Below, piece after piece: positions 25,496 through 40,259 of a DNA stretch of 64,000 nucleotides (position 1 is the stretch's first letter; each line of letters starts with the position of its first letter). The translations under genes were made by a program, and so were the position numbers. Source of the DNA: Octopus sinensis (taxonomy: Eukaryota); assembly GCF_006345805.1 (NCBI RefSeq), contig NC_043007.1, positions 15,810,001-15,874,000 on the forward strand, read 5' to 3'. A model generated the notes under the pieces. That model was given only the letters and a program-made list of their open reading frames with translations. It was not told where the DNA came from and did not search any database.

Positions 25496-26108
25496 AATCC
25501 ATTGTACATACTTTCCTCGGTCACTCCCTCAAATAGGATGTTTGCGGTTTATGCGGATGTATGATCGTATATAACTTTGTAAGTCATTGTAAATTCAATA
25601 ACATTAAAAAGAAAATAGATATTTTGGTGTTTACTCATTTAAAAGATTGAAATATATCCGGAATAACCTTATGTTCCTGCAATAAAAATGAAAATATTAT
25701 TTATAGATTGTTAGAGTTTCATTCCTTATCGCTTACTGTATTTCCTCAAGCTTAGTACGTTCTCACCCGGATGACGCACCTCTATTGTGACACGATATAT
25801 ACAAAGATAAGATCTCGGTACTTTCACATAGAGTACTTTCACATACAAACTGATTCTAAACTTTTATGTTCAGTCGCTTAACAACAAATAGATCCTGTTG
25901 GTTTTTATGCATCTTTAGCTTTAGTGTTGGGCTTACGAACTTAAGCTCTTGGGTTCGATTCCTAAACGCAGCAGTTTTACCTTTGAGAAAGGCACTTTAT
26001 TTTCTCATTTCTACTGTCCATTCATCTGAAAATGACTATATTTAGCATAGATAAATCTCCTCTCGGAATAAACTTTCTCCGTTAAAATGCAGCCTTCTTT
26101 ATATAAAA

Positions 26109-26508
26109 CTAGCAGTATCGCCCGGCGTTGCTCGGGTTTCCAAGGGAAATAACTATATAAGCATTTTTAGAGATGTAAACTATAATAGCCATCTCAATAT
26201 GGCTAACCACAAAGGGGGGTGTTACTGTAGCTTTTTACGTTCTGAGATTTAATAATACATTTTTAGAGAGTTACTTCCCTTATATAATGGCGAAAAAAAT
26301 GCATTAAAAATGGGAAAAAATGATGGTAATTTTTTTTTTTAATCGTAGACTCATCGTAGACGCACGCTAATACCCAGAAGGGCTCGATATGAATCACGAC
26401 TATAAGATACCCGCTTTTTGTTACACTGCACCGCAAATTGTGGGAGTAGTTAGGAATCTAAATCGTAGGAGACAGACACTCACACAACTTCACTTTTATA
26501 TATAAAGA
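26109..26508 (-). mobile_element. Non-autonomous Helitron
   Basis: Minus strand begins A|TCTTTATATATAAAAG and ends with the hairpin CCCGAGCAACGCCGGG followed by CTAG|T; AT insertion site, no target duplication. Confidence 0.8.
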
Positions 26509-26673
26509 TAGACTCTAAATTTTCGAGATATTTTAGAAAATGAAATTTCTTCGGAGTCGAGAAGTGTTGGATTATTCGCTAACTTTTTAATTACATTCCC
26601 GAAATATGTTAACATTAACTTAGAATTACCAGTTTTATATTCGTATTTTGCCTTTTATTTCCCCCCATTCTAG

Positions 26674-26719
26674 ACGGATCTTGAGAGTGCAGTGATTCAT
26701 GTAATAAAATCACAACAAG
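26674..26719 (+). CDS. Candidate 46-nt internal exon of an unidentified host gene
   Basis: Acceptor ccttttatttccccccattctag, consensus donor AAG|gtaagt, open frame TDLESAVIHVIKSQQ. Confidence 0.4.
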
Positions 26720-27915
26720 GTAAGTACAAAGCAATATAGTTTGTATTTCAATAGGTTGCATATATAGTTGGTTGAAGCCTCGCCGATGGTTATATGAAAT
26801 GCGGTCCTTCTTCACAATAATTTCCTTTCAGAAAGCAAATACTCAGTCGTGGAACTTTTCGTTTTTAATATGTCTTCTTTGTAACCACTAAAGAAATTGA
26901 AGAAGTGAAGCGTTCAGAGATAACCACCTTTGTACTATTTCTGTCGAACCGTTGATGTACACTTTACAACACAAAACAAAGAAGGTGAGTAGATTTGTAA
27001 TTCCTTTCAATGTGATATTCTTTATATTTATTCATTTGAAGAATAAGAGGAAGTAAAAACATTTAGTATACATTCAGGCTTACATAAAAGTACACTAGAC
27101 CAAATTTACTGAAGCAACAATATTAAAGTCTTTTTAAATATATATATATAAAAAAGTAAACTACAGACATTTCTCCTATCCTGTTTATGTAGAATTGGTA
27201 AAACTCTACTGACATAGTTTTCAGAAGATTGATCAGGAAAAAACAAAATGGCACCGCGGTTCTTCAATGTTCTGCAGATATTAGATGCGGACAAATGCTG
27301 CCACATAATGATCTTTAATATGATATTGGCACTTGATGGGAAATAGTTATTTTGACAGTTCTCTGCTACGATATAACAACAGGTTGTCTTCAGAATTATT
27401 CGACTTTTACAATGTTATTTATTATGTTATTGTTTAGGATTTGTTTTTTGGGTTTTTTTTTTTTTTAAGTGAAAGACAAGAAGATGCAAATGGTATTTAG
27501 TTCCATTTTCTTTTACGCATTACCGTTTCTTTTTTTTGGCTATGTTTTATTCATTTGCTTAACGGTGTTGCTTTTCTTTTTACAACATTCGAGAGTCGGT
27601 GTAAAGATGGCGTACATTTATCACTGATTAAAGCAATATGAATAAATGTGACAGCAATCAGGAGAATATCGCGTAACAAAAGAGTATTAATAAAGAGAAC
27701 GATCTTTTGTGAAGCAAAATATCAATTGTAGTCAATAGCTTTTTTCCTGTTAGAAAGAATAATAATATTAAAACTAATAATCAGCCTCACATAAAAATCT
27801 TACTTTCTTACAGAAATAATTTGCATTTGTGTGCCTAAGAATGCACGTGTATGCATATGTTTGTGTATATGTATGTATTATGTATATATATTTATGTATG
27901 TATATATGTATATAT

Positions 27916-27956
<41 letters not shown>

Positions 27957-28032
27957 TGTATATAATATATATGTATATATGTATATATATATGTATATAT
28001 ATATATGTATATAATATATATGTATATAATAC

Positions 28033-28177
28033 AGTGTACATTTAAACACATAAGAGGCATCCATCATAGGACGCCTTGCACGCTAGAAAGAACAGCTAAA
28101 TTCTAAACCACTAACTGTTCTTTCTAGCGTGCAAGGAGTCCTATGATGGATGCCTCTTATGTGATTAAATGTACACT
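28033..28177. repeat. 63-bp inverted repeat with a 19-nt spacer beside (TA)n
   Basis: Arms 28033-28095 and 28115-28177, about 2 mismatches. Confidence 0.9.
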
Positions 28178-28281
28178 ATTTATATAAATAATATACAGTC
28201 TATTGACTAAATTTTTACACGCTAGGCTACTGGTAGTAGAAATTTCTAATATTTCATATTACCCTTGATATTATTATTATC

Positions 28282-28381
<100 letters not shown>

Positions 28382-28385
28382 ATAC

Positions 28386-28449
<64 letters not shown>

Positions 28450-28957
28450 TAGATAGATAGATAGATATTATATGTACGTGAGTGTCTGTGTGTATAAATT
28501 ATACATTCACATATCCATAAATATATATATATATATGTATATGTATATATAGGTATATTCACGCATACATACACAAGGAGGCATATGTGTGTGTGTGTGT
28601 GTGTGTGCGTGTGTGAAGGGTGGGGCTAGTGAACGTGTGCGCGTGAGCAAATGATAAGTTAACGATATCGATTCCCAAACTGAACTGCGAGGAACGAAAG
28701 AGATAAATTTAGATAAAAAGCTCTTCGCCGTTAAGAATCAAATTACAGCAAAGAAGAAAAGACAGAAACCGCCAAGGACGATAATAAATGTTCAGCTAAC
28801 TGCGATATTTATGTATCAGGAGACCTTCTTCAGAATACGATGTATTTCAAACGGTGTATATATATATATATATAGATAGATATAGATATAGATATGATAT
28901 GTGTGTATGCGAGCGTGTGCGTGCGTATGAGTGATTGTATGTGTATGTGTGCTGCAC

Positions 28958-28995
<38 letters not shown>

Positions 28996-29477
28996 GTAAA
29001 TATATATATACATACAAGTATGGGCAAATAACTGCATTTATACATACGTATATATATATATGTATGTATATCTATATCCATCTATATGTGTGTGTTCATG
29101 TGTATGTGTATGTGCATTGATATATTTATGCATATATACACAAAGTGATATATGCACATATTGTCATTACGTATGTATATACATATACATACACAACATA
29201 CACACACACATATGTATATATATATATACATGTATATATATATATGTATATTATATACATGTTCTATATATATGTATGTATTTATATATATATGTATAGT
29301 ATTATATATATATATATATACCTATATATATATATAGATATTATATATATATTATATATTATATATGTATATTATATATATATATATATATATACATACA
29401 TATTATATATGTATGTATATTATATATATATATAGTATGTGAACATTACGCATATATTGTTTGATATAGATGTACAG

Positions 29478-29511
29478 ATATTATTATATTATTATTATTA
29501 TTTTATTATTA

Positions 29512-29542
<31 letters not shown>

Positions 29543-29591
29543 TATATTATTATTATATTATTTTTGTTTTATTATATTATATTATTATATT

Positions 29592-29623
<32 letters not shown>

Positions 29624-29642
29624 CATTATTATTATTTTATCA

Positions 29643-29673
<31 letters not shown>

Positions 29674-29738
29674 ATTATTATTATCATTATTATTATTATT
29701 ATCATTATTATTTTATTATCATCATCATCATCATTATC
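29478..29738. repeat. (ATT)n/(ATC)n microsatellite
   Basis: Direct reading. Confidence 0.95.
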
Positions 29739-30096
29739 GAGGTTGAACGTTCTTTAACCTATATTAGTCGATCAAATTCTCTCTTTAGTCATTATTTTGT
29801 TACCACCTAGTAATTTTCGCTATATTTATATTTATAATAATATCCACGACTTCATAGATTTCGTGACCTTCGTCCATATGCACATTATAGACTGCTGTCT
29901 GTGAATGCGTATATATACCTATATAACTATTAAAATCTGTTGCTTTGTTCTGTTTTTTTTGTGTACGTACGTCTTTGTCTATACGTGTGCGTATCTTTGT
30001 CTTTCTTACTGGTTCTCTCCCGCTTTTTATTGTATTCTCTTCTGTTCTGAATAATCATGTGCTTTGTTTCAAAGAAATAAAAGAGGAAAATATTAA

Positions 30097-30153
<57 letters not shown>

Positions 30154-30259
30154 TATGTGAATATGTGTGTTCGTGAGTGTGCGTGTGAGTGTGTGAGTGT
30201 ATGTATATATATATATATATTTCGTATTTATATATATATACACATGCACACTCACACAT

Positions 30260-30292
<33 letters not shown>

Positions 30293-30829
30293 CACTCACA
30301 AATATATATATTTATATACATGTATTGGTGTGTATGTATCTATGCATACGTGTATGTATGTATATATGTATGTATGTGTGTAAGCATGTATAGTTGCAGG
30401 TAGGAGTGTGTGAGTTCAGTCTCACTGTGTGTCACACACACACACACACACACACATACATACACATACACACACACACATACATACACATACACACACA
30501 CACATACATATATACATTCTTACATACGCACAAATATATATATGTATATGTGTGGGAGGTGTATAATTATTTGTAGGATTCGTTTGAATCAAAGCATTTT
30601 AATATTCAGGAAACCAATTGACGAGGGTCGAGGTCTGCATATCCATTTGTGAATATACACCATATACGAACACATCCATATAGACCCAGGCATGTACGGA
30701 TATGTTACATAGAAGTAAACGTTTTCCTGGAACATTCAACGTAAAGCTGACCATGGGCGGAGCAATGCTCATGAAGGCGTAAGCCAGCAACCGAAAATAC
30801 TTGCCTTTGCGATTTACTGATGGTCAAAA

Positions 30830-31040
30830 TTGCGAGCTGCCAGGAACGTTAGCACGCCGGGCGAAATGCTTAGCGATAGTTCGTCTGTCTTTATGTTCTG
30901 AGTTCAAATTCTACCGGGGTCGACTTTGCCTTTCATCCTTTCGGGATCGATAAATTAAGCACCACTTGCACACTGAGGTCGATTTAATCGACCGGCCCCC
31001 TCCCCCAAAATGTCGGGCCTTGTACCTAGAGTAGAAAACA
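30830..31040 (+). mobile_element. SINE family A with the alternative tail
   Basis: Head and core, then ccctcccccaaaatgtcgggccttgtacctagagtagaaaa. Confidence 0.85.
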
Positions 31041-31775
31041 AAATTTGATGTTTGGGAAGGCGGCGAACTGGTGTTCGCGTATCATCAAATCTATTCCTTT
31101 CTATCTGTGTCTCCTGATCTTTCTTCTGGGGGTCTTTCGACTCTGTCATCCAAATAAAATTCCTTACACTCATGTATACACACACACACACATGCGCGTG
31201 CGCATACATGTATGAATATACACATACTCACCGTAAGAGATATACAGAGAAAGAGTGCGAGATAGTGTGGTAATAATATATAGAGAGGAGGAAAGTTTAC
31301 AATGAGATAGAGAGAGAGACTGATAGAGAGAGGTACATAGACAAATGCGATTGTCTCCTGCGACTGACTTGCATTACATGTCATATCAAGAGAGTAGAAA
31401 GCATAAAAGACAGAAAGAGGTAGATAGATAGATAGATAGAGAGAGGAAGGCAGAGAGTTATAACACGCCACATGCACACACACACACACATACACACACA
31501 CACACACACAACCGTACACACGTTCAGGTAACTTTGTGCTTTAGATGGCATCTTCTAAAGATTCCAATGCTGACGAGTTTGAAGGTGACTTATTTCTCGC
31601 AGAAAATTGAATTCTTTGATTGCTAATAATCAAAAACCTTCCCCTTCGGACGCAAATTTCGAAAATCGAATCTGTTTTCCTGTAGCGCCCATCGTTTCGG
31701 AGACTTTTGGTAACATACACACACACACACTCTCTCTCTCTCTCTCTCATTTATATAGTAGTTATATGTATGTGG

Positions 31776-32022
31776 TGGAGGTGCGTGGCTTAGTGGTTAG
31801 GGTGTCAGCATTATGATCGTAAGATTGTGGTTTCGATTCCTGGACCGGGCGATGCGTTGTGTTCTTGAGCAAAACACTTCATTTCACGTTGCTCCAGTCC
31901 ACTCAGCTGGCAAAAATGAGTAACGCTGCGATGGACTGGCGTCACGTCCAGCGTGGGAACACATACGCCATTGAAACTGGGAAACCGGGCCCACGAGCCT
32001 GGCTAGGCTTTAAAAGGGAGCA
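31776..32022 (+). mobile_element. Older CORE-type tRNA SINE related to family B
   Basis: tggcttagtggtt, gtttcgattcc, ttgagcaaaacacttcatttcacgttgctccagtccac. Confidence 0.75.
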
Positions 32023-32955
32023 TTTATTTTATTTTTTATATGTATGTGTGTGTGTGCTTGCGCGCGCACGTGCGTACCAGTCTGTCTATAAATTTATGCG
32101 TTTCTGAGTCTTTGTGTTTGTCTCCCACAACCGCTCGTGAGAAGGTGTTGGTTTGTTTACGACCCAATACCCTAGAGGTTCGGCAAAAAAAAGTGTAGAA
32201 TAAAAACCAGTCTTTCAACATTTGAGAATTGGGTGTCGATTTTGTACGTCTAAACCTTTCAAGGTTGTGCCCCAGCTCGGCTACAATCCAGTCACTGAAG
32301 CAAGTAAAATGTTTAAAATATACATATTCATACACGCATAAACATGCATACATATGTATGTGTGTGTACATGCATTACATGTATATACATACACACTCAC
32401 TCAGACTCACACACTTTTATATGTATGCGTGTGTGTGTGTATAAATGCTGTATGATATCTTCTGTCAACTCTTCAAACAAATGAACTTTCATGAACTGAA
32501 TTTGTTATGACAATATTTAAATTTTTTTCTCATTTAGGTGCAAGTCTAGCTGTTTTAGAGAAGAGGTGTTTAGCCGATACTATCTTCCAAAGAGCTTTAT
32601 TTTATCAACACCAGCGAACTAAATATAAGGTAAAGTTCCCATCGGTGAGATTTGAACTTAAAATGTAAAGAACTAGAACAATTTCATGAAGAGATTCTTG
32701 TTTCCGACACTTTAACAACTCAGCTAAACCGTCCCTTTGAAATAATGTTTGGCAGCGATTAAAGTACATTTTCCAAATTTCTTACCAATGGAGAATGAAT
32801 CGGTTTCCAATTCTGAAACGCTGACATCAGTAACTGTGTAATCATGTGTATATGCCTACAAATATGTAGATCTGCATATAAGCTTGTATGCATGTATGTA
32901 AATATGCATGTAAATATATACGTATGTGTGCACGCATGTATGTTCGTATATCATA

Positions 32956-33300
32956 GCACTCCGTCGATTATGACGACGAGGGTTCCAGGTTGATCCAATC
33001 AACGGAACAGCCTGCTCGTGAAATTAACGTGTAAGTGGTTGAGCACTCCACAGACGCGTGTACCCTTAATGTGGTCCTCGTGGAGATTCAGCGTGACACA
33101 GAGTGTGACAAGGTACAACAGAAACAGGAATAAAGAGTGAGAGAAAGTTGTGGTGAAAGAGTACAGCAGGGTTCGCCACCACCCACTGCCGGGGCCTCGT
33201 GGAGCTTTAGGTGTTTTCGCTCAATAAACTCAATAAACACTCATAACGCTCAGTCTGGGAATCGAAACCGCGATCCTACGACTGAGCCATTGCGCTTCCA
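32956..33300 (-). mobile_element. SINE family B
   Basis: Reverse complement of the family B body, partly deleted. Confidence 0.85.
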
Positions 33301-33451
33301 CTTGTTCGTATATACGTACGTATGTATGAATGCATATATCATTATATGCACTCGCTTTAATTTGAAATTCATATGAAAGACTAAACACAGCAACACTCTG
33401 TAACGACTGCAACATTTAGCATATGTATGTTGATTATATGTGTGTGTATGC

Positions 33452-33495
<44 letters not shown>

Positions 33496-33816
33496 GCGTA
33501 TAATGAGCAAGCGTGCGCATTTGTTTGAGTCCGTATGTGTGCGTGTGTGTGTTTGGGCAAAAACACTGCGAGACATATTAAAGAGACGAATGTTTATATT
33601 TAATAACGACTTGTCTGGCAAATGGGGAAACGTTGTTAGTTTTGCCATTAACATTATTCGTTTTTCCTAAGTGAAAGTGAAAGTGGGAATCGTCTAATAC
33701 ATATTTCCATTACGACGACCATGGCTGTCAGATGATCAATGCAGCTGTAATGTTTAACTTGGCCTCGCAGTGATCGCTGGATGTACATTATATGAGTAGA
33801 CTATGATATCGTCAGT

Positions 33817-34140
33817 GAAGGCGCATGGCTTAGTGGTTAGGGCATTCGGCTGACGATTGTAAGGTCGTGAGTTCGATTCCCGGCGATGCGTTGTGTCCTT
33901 GAGCAAGACACTTTATTTCACGTTGCTCCAGTCCACTCAGCTGGCAAAGATGAGTTGTACCTGTATTTCAAGGGTCCGGCCTTGTCACACTCTGTGTCAC
34001 GCTGAATATCCCCGAGAACTACGTTAAGGGTACACGTGTCTGTGGAGTGCTCAGCCACCTGCACGTTAATTTCACGAGCAGGTTGTTCCGTTGATCGGAT
34101 CAACGGGAACCCTCGTCGTCGTAACCGATGGAGTGCTTCC
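33817..34140 (+). mobile_element. SINE family B variant with a CORE-like centre
   Basis: tRNA head, tgtccttgagcaagacacttt, family B tail; target duplication atgatatcgtc. Confidence 0.9.
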
Positions 34141-34438
34141 ATGATATCGTCGCTTTTACAACATGATTCTTGTTCTCTTAATTGTAGCTTAGAATAGACG
34201 TTTGGCAAAATCGTTTGAGTGTTAGAAAAACATGCGCTCTTTAACGTTCTGAGTTCAAATCCAGCCGCAATCGACTTTGCCTTACAAATTTTCGGATTAG
34301 ATAAAACATAAAATGTTAGTCAAATACTAGAGTTTTATGATAAACTAATAATCCACATCCCATCAAAATTGTTTATATTGAAAACAATTATAGTTGTAGT
34401 TGAGGTTGAAAGGTTGGTATTAAAATTCTTTGTTCTAA

Positions 34439-34851
34439 GGCGGCGAGCTGGCAGAAACGTTAGCACGCCGGGCGAAATGATTAGCGGTATTTCGTCTGCC
34501 GCTTCGTTCTGAGTTCAAATTCCGCCGAGGTCGACTTTGCCTTGATCCTTTCCGGATCCATTAAATAAGTACCAGTTACGCACTGGGTTCAATATAATCG
34601 ACATAATTCGTTTGTCTGTCCTTGTTTGTCCTCTCTGTGTTTAGCCCCTTGTGGGTAGTAAAGAAATAGGTATTTCGTCTGCCGTTACGTTTGAGTTCAA
34701 ATTCCGCCGAGGTCGACTTTGCCTTTCATCTTTCCGGGGTCGATTAAATAAGTACCAGTTATGCACTGGAGTGGATGTAATCTACTTAATACCACTGTTT
34801 GTCTTTGTGTGTTCCCTCTATGTTTAGCCCCCTGTGGGCAGTAAAGACATA
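34439..34851 (+). mobile_element. SINE family A dimeric copy
   Basis: Head plus two core-tail blocks; 19-bp target duplication attaaaattctttgttcta. Confidence 0.9.
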
Positions 34852-35024
34852 ATTAAAATTCTTTGTTCTACTTCTACCTCTTAACATTCCGAATTCAAAT
34901 CCCACCACAGAGGTCAGCTTTGCCTTTCAACCTTTCCGAGTCGATAGAATTAGATACCAGCCAAAGGAATTTCATATCGTTTGAGGGAGAAACATTTAAC
35001 AGCTATTTCTTACATGTCGGGAAG

Positions 35025-35404
35025 TGGAGGCGCAATGGCCCAGTGGTTAGGGCAGCGGACTCGCGGTCGTAGGATCGCGGTTTCGATTCCCAGACCGAGC
35101 GTTGTGAGTGTTTATTGAGCGAAAACACCTAAAGCTCCACGAGGTTCCGGCAGGGATGGTGGTGATCCCTGCTGTACTCTTTCACCACAACTTTCTCTCA
35201 CTCTTACTTCCTGTTTCTGATGTACCTATATTTCAAAGGGCCGGCCTTGTCACTCTCTGTGTCACGCTGAATATCCCCGAGAACTGCGTTAAGGGTACAC
35301 GTGTCTGTGGAGTGCTCAGCCACTTACACGTTAATTTCACGAGCAGGCTGTTCCGTTGATCGGATCACCGGAACCCTCGTCGTCGTAATCGACGGAGTGC
35401 TTCC
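35025..35404 (+). mobile_element. SINE family B
   Basis: Full length; target duplication acatgtcgg. Confidence 0.9.
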
Positions 35405-36064
35405 ACATGTCGGAAACCGTCTTTTCTCCGTTCTTGGGTGTCATTCTCAGTTACGATGTTGTTGCTGCGGCAGTAACAGCAGCAGATGATGATGTTGATG
35501 AATTTTTTATGGCCGTGCATAGAAAAGCAAGTCGTGCATAGAAAAACAAGTTACTGGGATTACTAGTAATACTTAATAACTTCAATAATCTTGAGAAAAG
35601 TGACAATGTCATATTCATTTGAAATACCTCTAATACCTATAATTATTGTTTTGCCCCCCCCCCCCCCAATCTGATCTATTATATTCAAGCCACACCGTTA
35701 CTCATTTATTTAGTTATTTATTTTTATCTATGTGTGCGTCCATTGACTACTGTGTTGTTTGATATTTATTGATTTATATAAACCCCATCTAAAAGGAAAA
35801 TCTAAATTTATGTTTAACTTTGATTTAAATTTGATGTTCAGATTTTACGGTGTTGTGAAAGGTATACGAAGAAATAAGACGATTTTGGAAGATTTGGCCA
35901 AAATGGATCCACGGCTGTAACATAGAACAATTTCACGAAATACACACGGTGCGTAAGATATTTGAGGACAGATTTTATGTTTATATAACTAAAAACAGAT
36001 ATAACAGATAATAACTTTATTTATCAAAAAATGTTATGAGTATAAAAATAAACCTTCTTTTCTA

Positions 36065-37114
36065 TAATGTTATTCGATAAAGCCACCTTCATCTTCAACA
36101 ACTACTTCTATTTGAGATCTTAATCATCTACATGCTCGAATCAAGTGGTTCTGATTCATTTTGGACATTACTCAGACTATAGCGGCTTTCAAAGAATATT
36201 TGGTGTTATTGGCGTGTTCACTGCACTCTCAACAACGCTCCACATGTAGTAGTCCAATGGGTTGAGATTTCGGAAATTAGGAGGTCAAATGTTAGGGGTT
36301 ATGTGATCATGAAAACTTTCAGCCATCAATTCCTGTGTTACTGGAACCATGTGTGATAGTGAAGAGACTTACTGAAACACATATGGCCTTCCATTGCACA
36401 CACTACCTATCCATGGTTTAAGAAGTATTTCCAGGACTTCAATGTAGGCGGCAGAGTTAAATCTAAGGCCTTGTGGAAAGAAGTAAGGAGGCATCACCTA
36501 TCCTTCATTGCTGACCACCCCTAAAACCATAACAGTTGCAGGAAATTGTGTATGCATGACACTTGGAACTTCAGAAGAGTTTACACACAGCCATCTGTCA
36601 TTTCTTCTCTTAACTTTTTTTTTATCTTGATCAAAGTTTTTCTCGTTTTAGAAAAACCAAATCAAATCTTCTTCTGCCGGGTTCTTCAGTTTGTTTAAGA
36701 GCCTTTTAGATTTTACTCTTTCTGACAAATTGACCTTTCCTCGTTATATAACTTATATTTGATGTCTTTGTTGACAACATTTCTCACTGTTCCTTCTGAC
36801 ACATGCAGATCTTTTGCAATTAACCTCATGGACTTATTGGGATTGCAATCGATGGCCTGCTGAATTTGCCGGATAAACGCTCTGGTGATTTCAGAGCATT
36901 TAGAGTGTTGTTTTTTTTTAATGCATTGATACTGGTAATGTGTTTCCATCTTCAGTCTTAACTCCTTACAAACTTTGTAGATGAGAGCTCTGGCAACTTC
37001 TAAAAATCGAGATATTGCTAAATCGCTATGTTCAACCTTTATAACCAAAATAACAGCATGCCTCTTCATTTCTTGAGTAAACTGAGAGGCTACAATTATT
37101 ATTTTCTGAAACAA
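36065..37114 (-). pseudogene. Degenerate Tc1/mariner-superfamily transposase
   Basis: HTH region NPNKSMRLIAKDLHVSEGTVRNVV, decayed WPPNSPDLNPLDY motif at ~36250-36290, C-terminal EGGFIE; several stops and frameshifts. Confidence 0.8.
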
Positions 37115-37605
37115 AGGTTATACAGAGTTAGTAAGAAATGCAGCAATGACCCCAAAAGGGTATGTTTGACAGCTTTCAGATGTTTTGCATATCTACAAAT
37201 CACGTGGCGTATTTTGCATTGATGGCTGACAGTTAAGTTATACAGCCTAATACCTATCTATTTTTCATAGACTTTTTGACGCGGTCGAACAAAGAAAATA
37301 CGAAACTTGAGGGCGCGGAAGAGATGATGCAAAAGAAAATATTGATTTTCTACCTGTCTAAATTTTTCATTTTTTTTTTAATAATTCAAGCTTTCACTCA
37401 CTGATTTGAAATATCATGCCCCATGTATATATGTAATACATACATACATAAGTGCATACATACATACATACAGACAGACAAACACACACACAGACACGCA
37501 TAAATATATATTTATGTGTATGTACATATACATAGATGCCTGTATATATATATAATGTACTAATGTATATACATATGCATGTGTAGTATATGTATACATA
37601 CGTGC

Positions 37606-37639
<34 letters not shown>

Positions 37640-37725
37640 ATATATATATAGATATATGTATATACACATATATACATATAAATATATATAGATATGCATA
37701 TATATAGGCAGATATGCATATATAT

Positions 37726-38130
37726 AGGCGCAGGAGTGGCTGTGTGGTAAGTAGCTTGCTAACCAACCACATGGTTCCGGGTTCAGTCCCACTGCGTGGC
37801 ATCTTGGGCAAGTGTCTTCTGCTATAGCCCCGGGCCGACCAATGCCTTGTGAGTGGATTTGGTAGACGGAAACTGAAAGAAGCCTGTCGTATATATGTAT
37901 ATATATATGTATGTGTGTGTGTGTGTTGTGTGTTTGTTCCCCTAACATTGCTTGACCACCGATGCTGGTGTGTTTACGTCCCCGTCACTTAGCGGTTCGG
38001 CAAAAGAGACCGATAGAATAAGTACTGGCTTACAAAGATAAGTTCCGGGGTCGATTTGCTCGACTAAAGGTGATGCTCCAGCATGGCCGTAGTCAAATGA
38101 CTGAAACAAGTAAAAGAGTAAAAGAGTAAA
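37726..38130 (+). mobile_element. SINE family C
   Basis: Full head, internal microsatellite and (gtaaaaga)n tail. Confidence 0.9.
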
Positions 38131-38409
38131 TATATATGTATATATATAATGGATATATATGCGCACATGCATATATACATGCGTACACATATACATAGAT
38201 ACATATATACATACATACATACATACATACATATACATACATACATACATACATACATACATACATACATACATAGACCGCCATCAAGGTGAAAGAGGGT
38301 ATGTATGGGCAACTTCTCCAGAATCAAGATGAGGAAGACAACATATATTCTTTACAGGCCAAATCTTGAATGTTAAATATTGATATTAGATCGACCTTAG
38401 TAGGCAACT

Positions 38410-38785
38410 GACTGGAAACTTAGTTTATTGATCCCGAACGGATGAAAGATAAAGTCGACCTCGGCGGAATTTGAACTCAGAACATAAAGACGGACGGAAT
38501 GCTACTTACAAATTTTGTGCTGCGTGCGAACGTTTCTGCTAGCGCGCCGCCTTATATCGAACAATATATTCTTTTTACTCCAGACATACAAGGCCCGAAC
38601 ATTTATGGGTAGGAGGTCGGTCGATCAGATCGACACCAGTACGCGACTGCTACTTAATTTATCGACCCCGAAAGGAGAACAGGCGAAGTCGACCTCGGTG
38701 GAATTTGAACTCAGAACGTAAAGATAGATGAACTACCTCTAAGCATTTCGCCCGGCGTGCTAACGTTTCTGCCAGATCGCCGCCT
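38410..38785 (-). mobile_element. Two diverged SINE family A copies
   Basis: gtcgacctcgg...aatttgaactcagaac occurs twice. Confidence 0.8.
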
Positions 38786-40212
38786 TACATAGTTCAATAT
38801 ATTGATTTCTTCAGGTGCATGTGTATGTAAGTGATAGGAAAAGTCCGTATATGCATTAATATATGCGTGAGTATCTCCATATCATTCAATCACTCCACCA
38901 TTTCGTCAATCGCAGCAGCTTCCAAGCTTCACCACAAATTCAGTTCTCAACTAAATTGCAAACTGTTAACAGCTTTAAAGAGGATATCTCCTCAGCTACA
39001 CTTTGGCATAAATAGTTTGAGATTTGGTTCAGTAGAAAAAAATTTATAACAAAATATCTGCGACCTCAAGGGGGACAATAAGTGAAGCATTCATCTTCAA
39101 CTAACATAAACTTTTTAATTTTAACATAGAAGTATACTTTTCGTAGGCCTAAATGATAAGCATGAGGAATTCAGAATCGTTAGTTGCATTGAACAAAACT
39201 TAGTAGAAAAAAGTTATGGAGTAAAATGCCACGAAATTTTATGTCAGTAAGTAAGGAAGTAAGAAGTAACGGTTAAGCAATAAGAATAAAGAATATATTG
39301 CTAAAATGAAGGCTTACATTCCAAGATGGCAAGTTGGCAGAAACTTTAACTCTCCAGGCCAACTTCCGAACAGTATTTCGCCTGTGTCTGCATTTTGACT
39401 TCAAATTTCGCCGAGGTCGACTCTACCTTTTATCCATTTCGGATCTATTCAATATGATATACAGATTATTTAATTATTCTTTTTTAACTAAACACTTTGA
39501 AACTCCCCGTACTGGTACGATGTGTCACATACAACAGGGTTTACTCTTAACGATTTTGACAAAATTTTGTATTTTAGAAATTATTTCGTCACAAGTTACA
39601 AAGTGACAATGGACAAATTCGTGTTTGATAAGTGCCAATACACGAAACTCTCGGCTTTTGACTTACTCCTTAACTGCGGCCGATGATATATATATATATA
39701 TATTATTCATATATGGGTAAAGAAATCTTATCACGCAATCAAACCAATGAAAGAGCCTTTACCTGGTCACTCGACACGCTAAAAAAGCAGCCAATGTACC
39801 CCCCTACCTAAATCACACGCCCATTGTACGTAATGTCCTACATTATCCCTTAAAAAAACGCTTTTCTGAAAGCTGGAATGTCATTGATGATAGGTTTGCT
39901 GTATCAGGGTTGATTTGAGGCTAAAAAACAACATTATGGTAAATTTCTATATTAACACTCGCACAATTTTCACTAAGAAACAAAAATTATATATATAACA
40001 CACTTAGTTGCGTAAATAAAAGGATGTGGTTTCGAGTCCCACGCGTACGAAAAAACCTACTTTTTCTGTCGAGGGCTTATATTCTCGATTATTAGACTAT
40101 TTTCTTTAGTCATTACGTGGTACTCACTATAAGCTATAAGCTTATAAAATACTATTATTATTTACAGAATTTAAAACTCGGCACTGCTTAACGCACCATT
40201 CGCTGTGAATAT

Positions 40213-40259
<47 letters not shown>

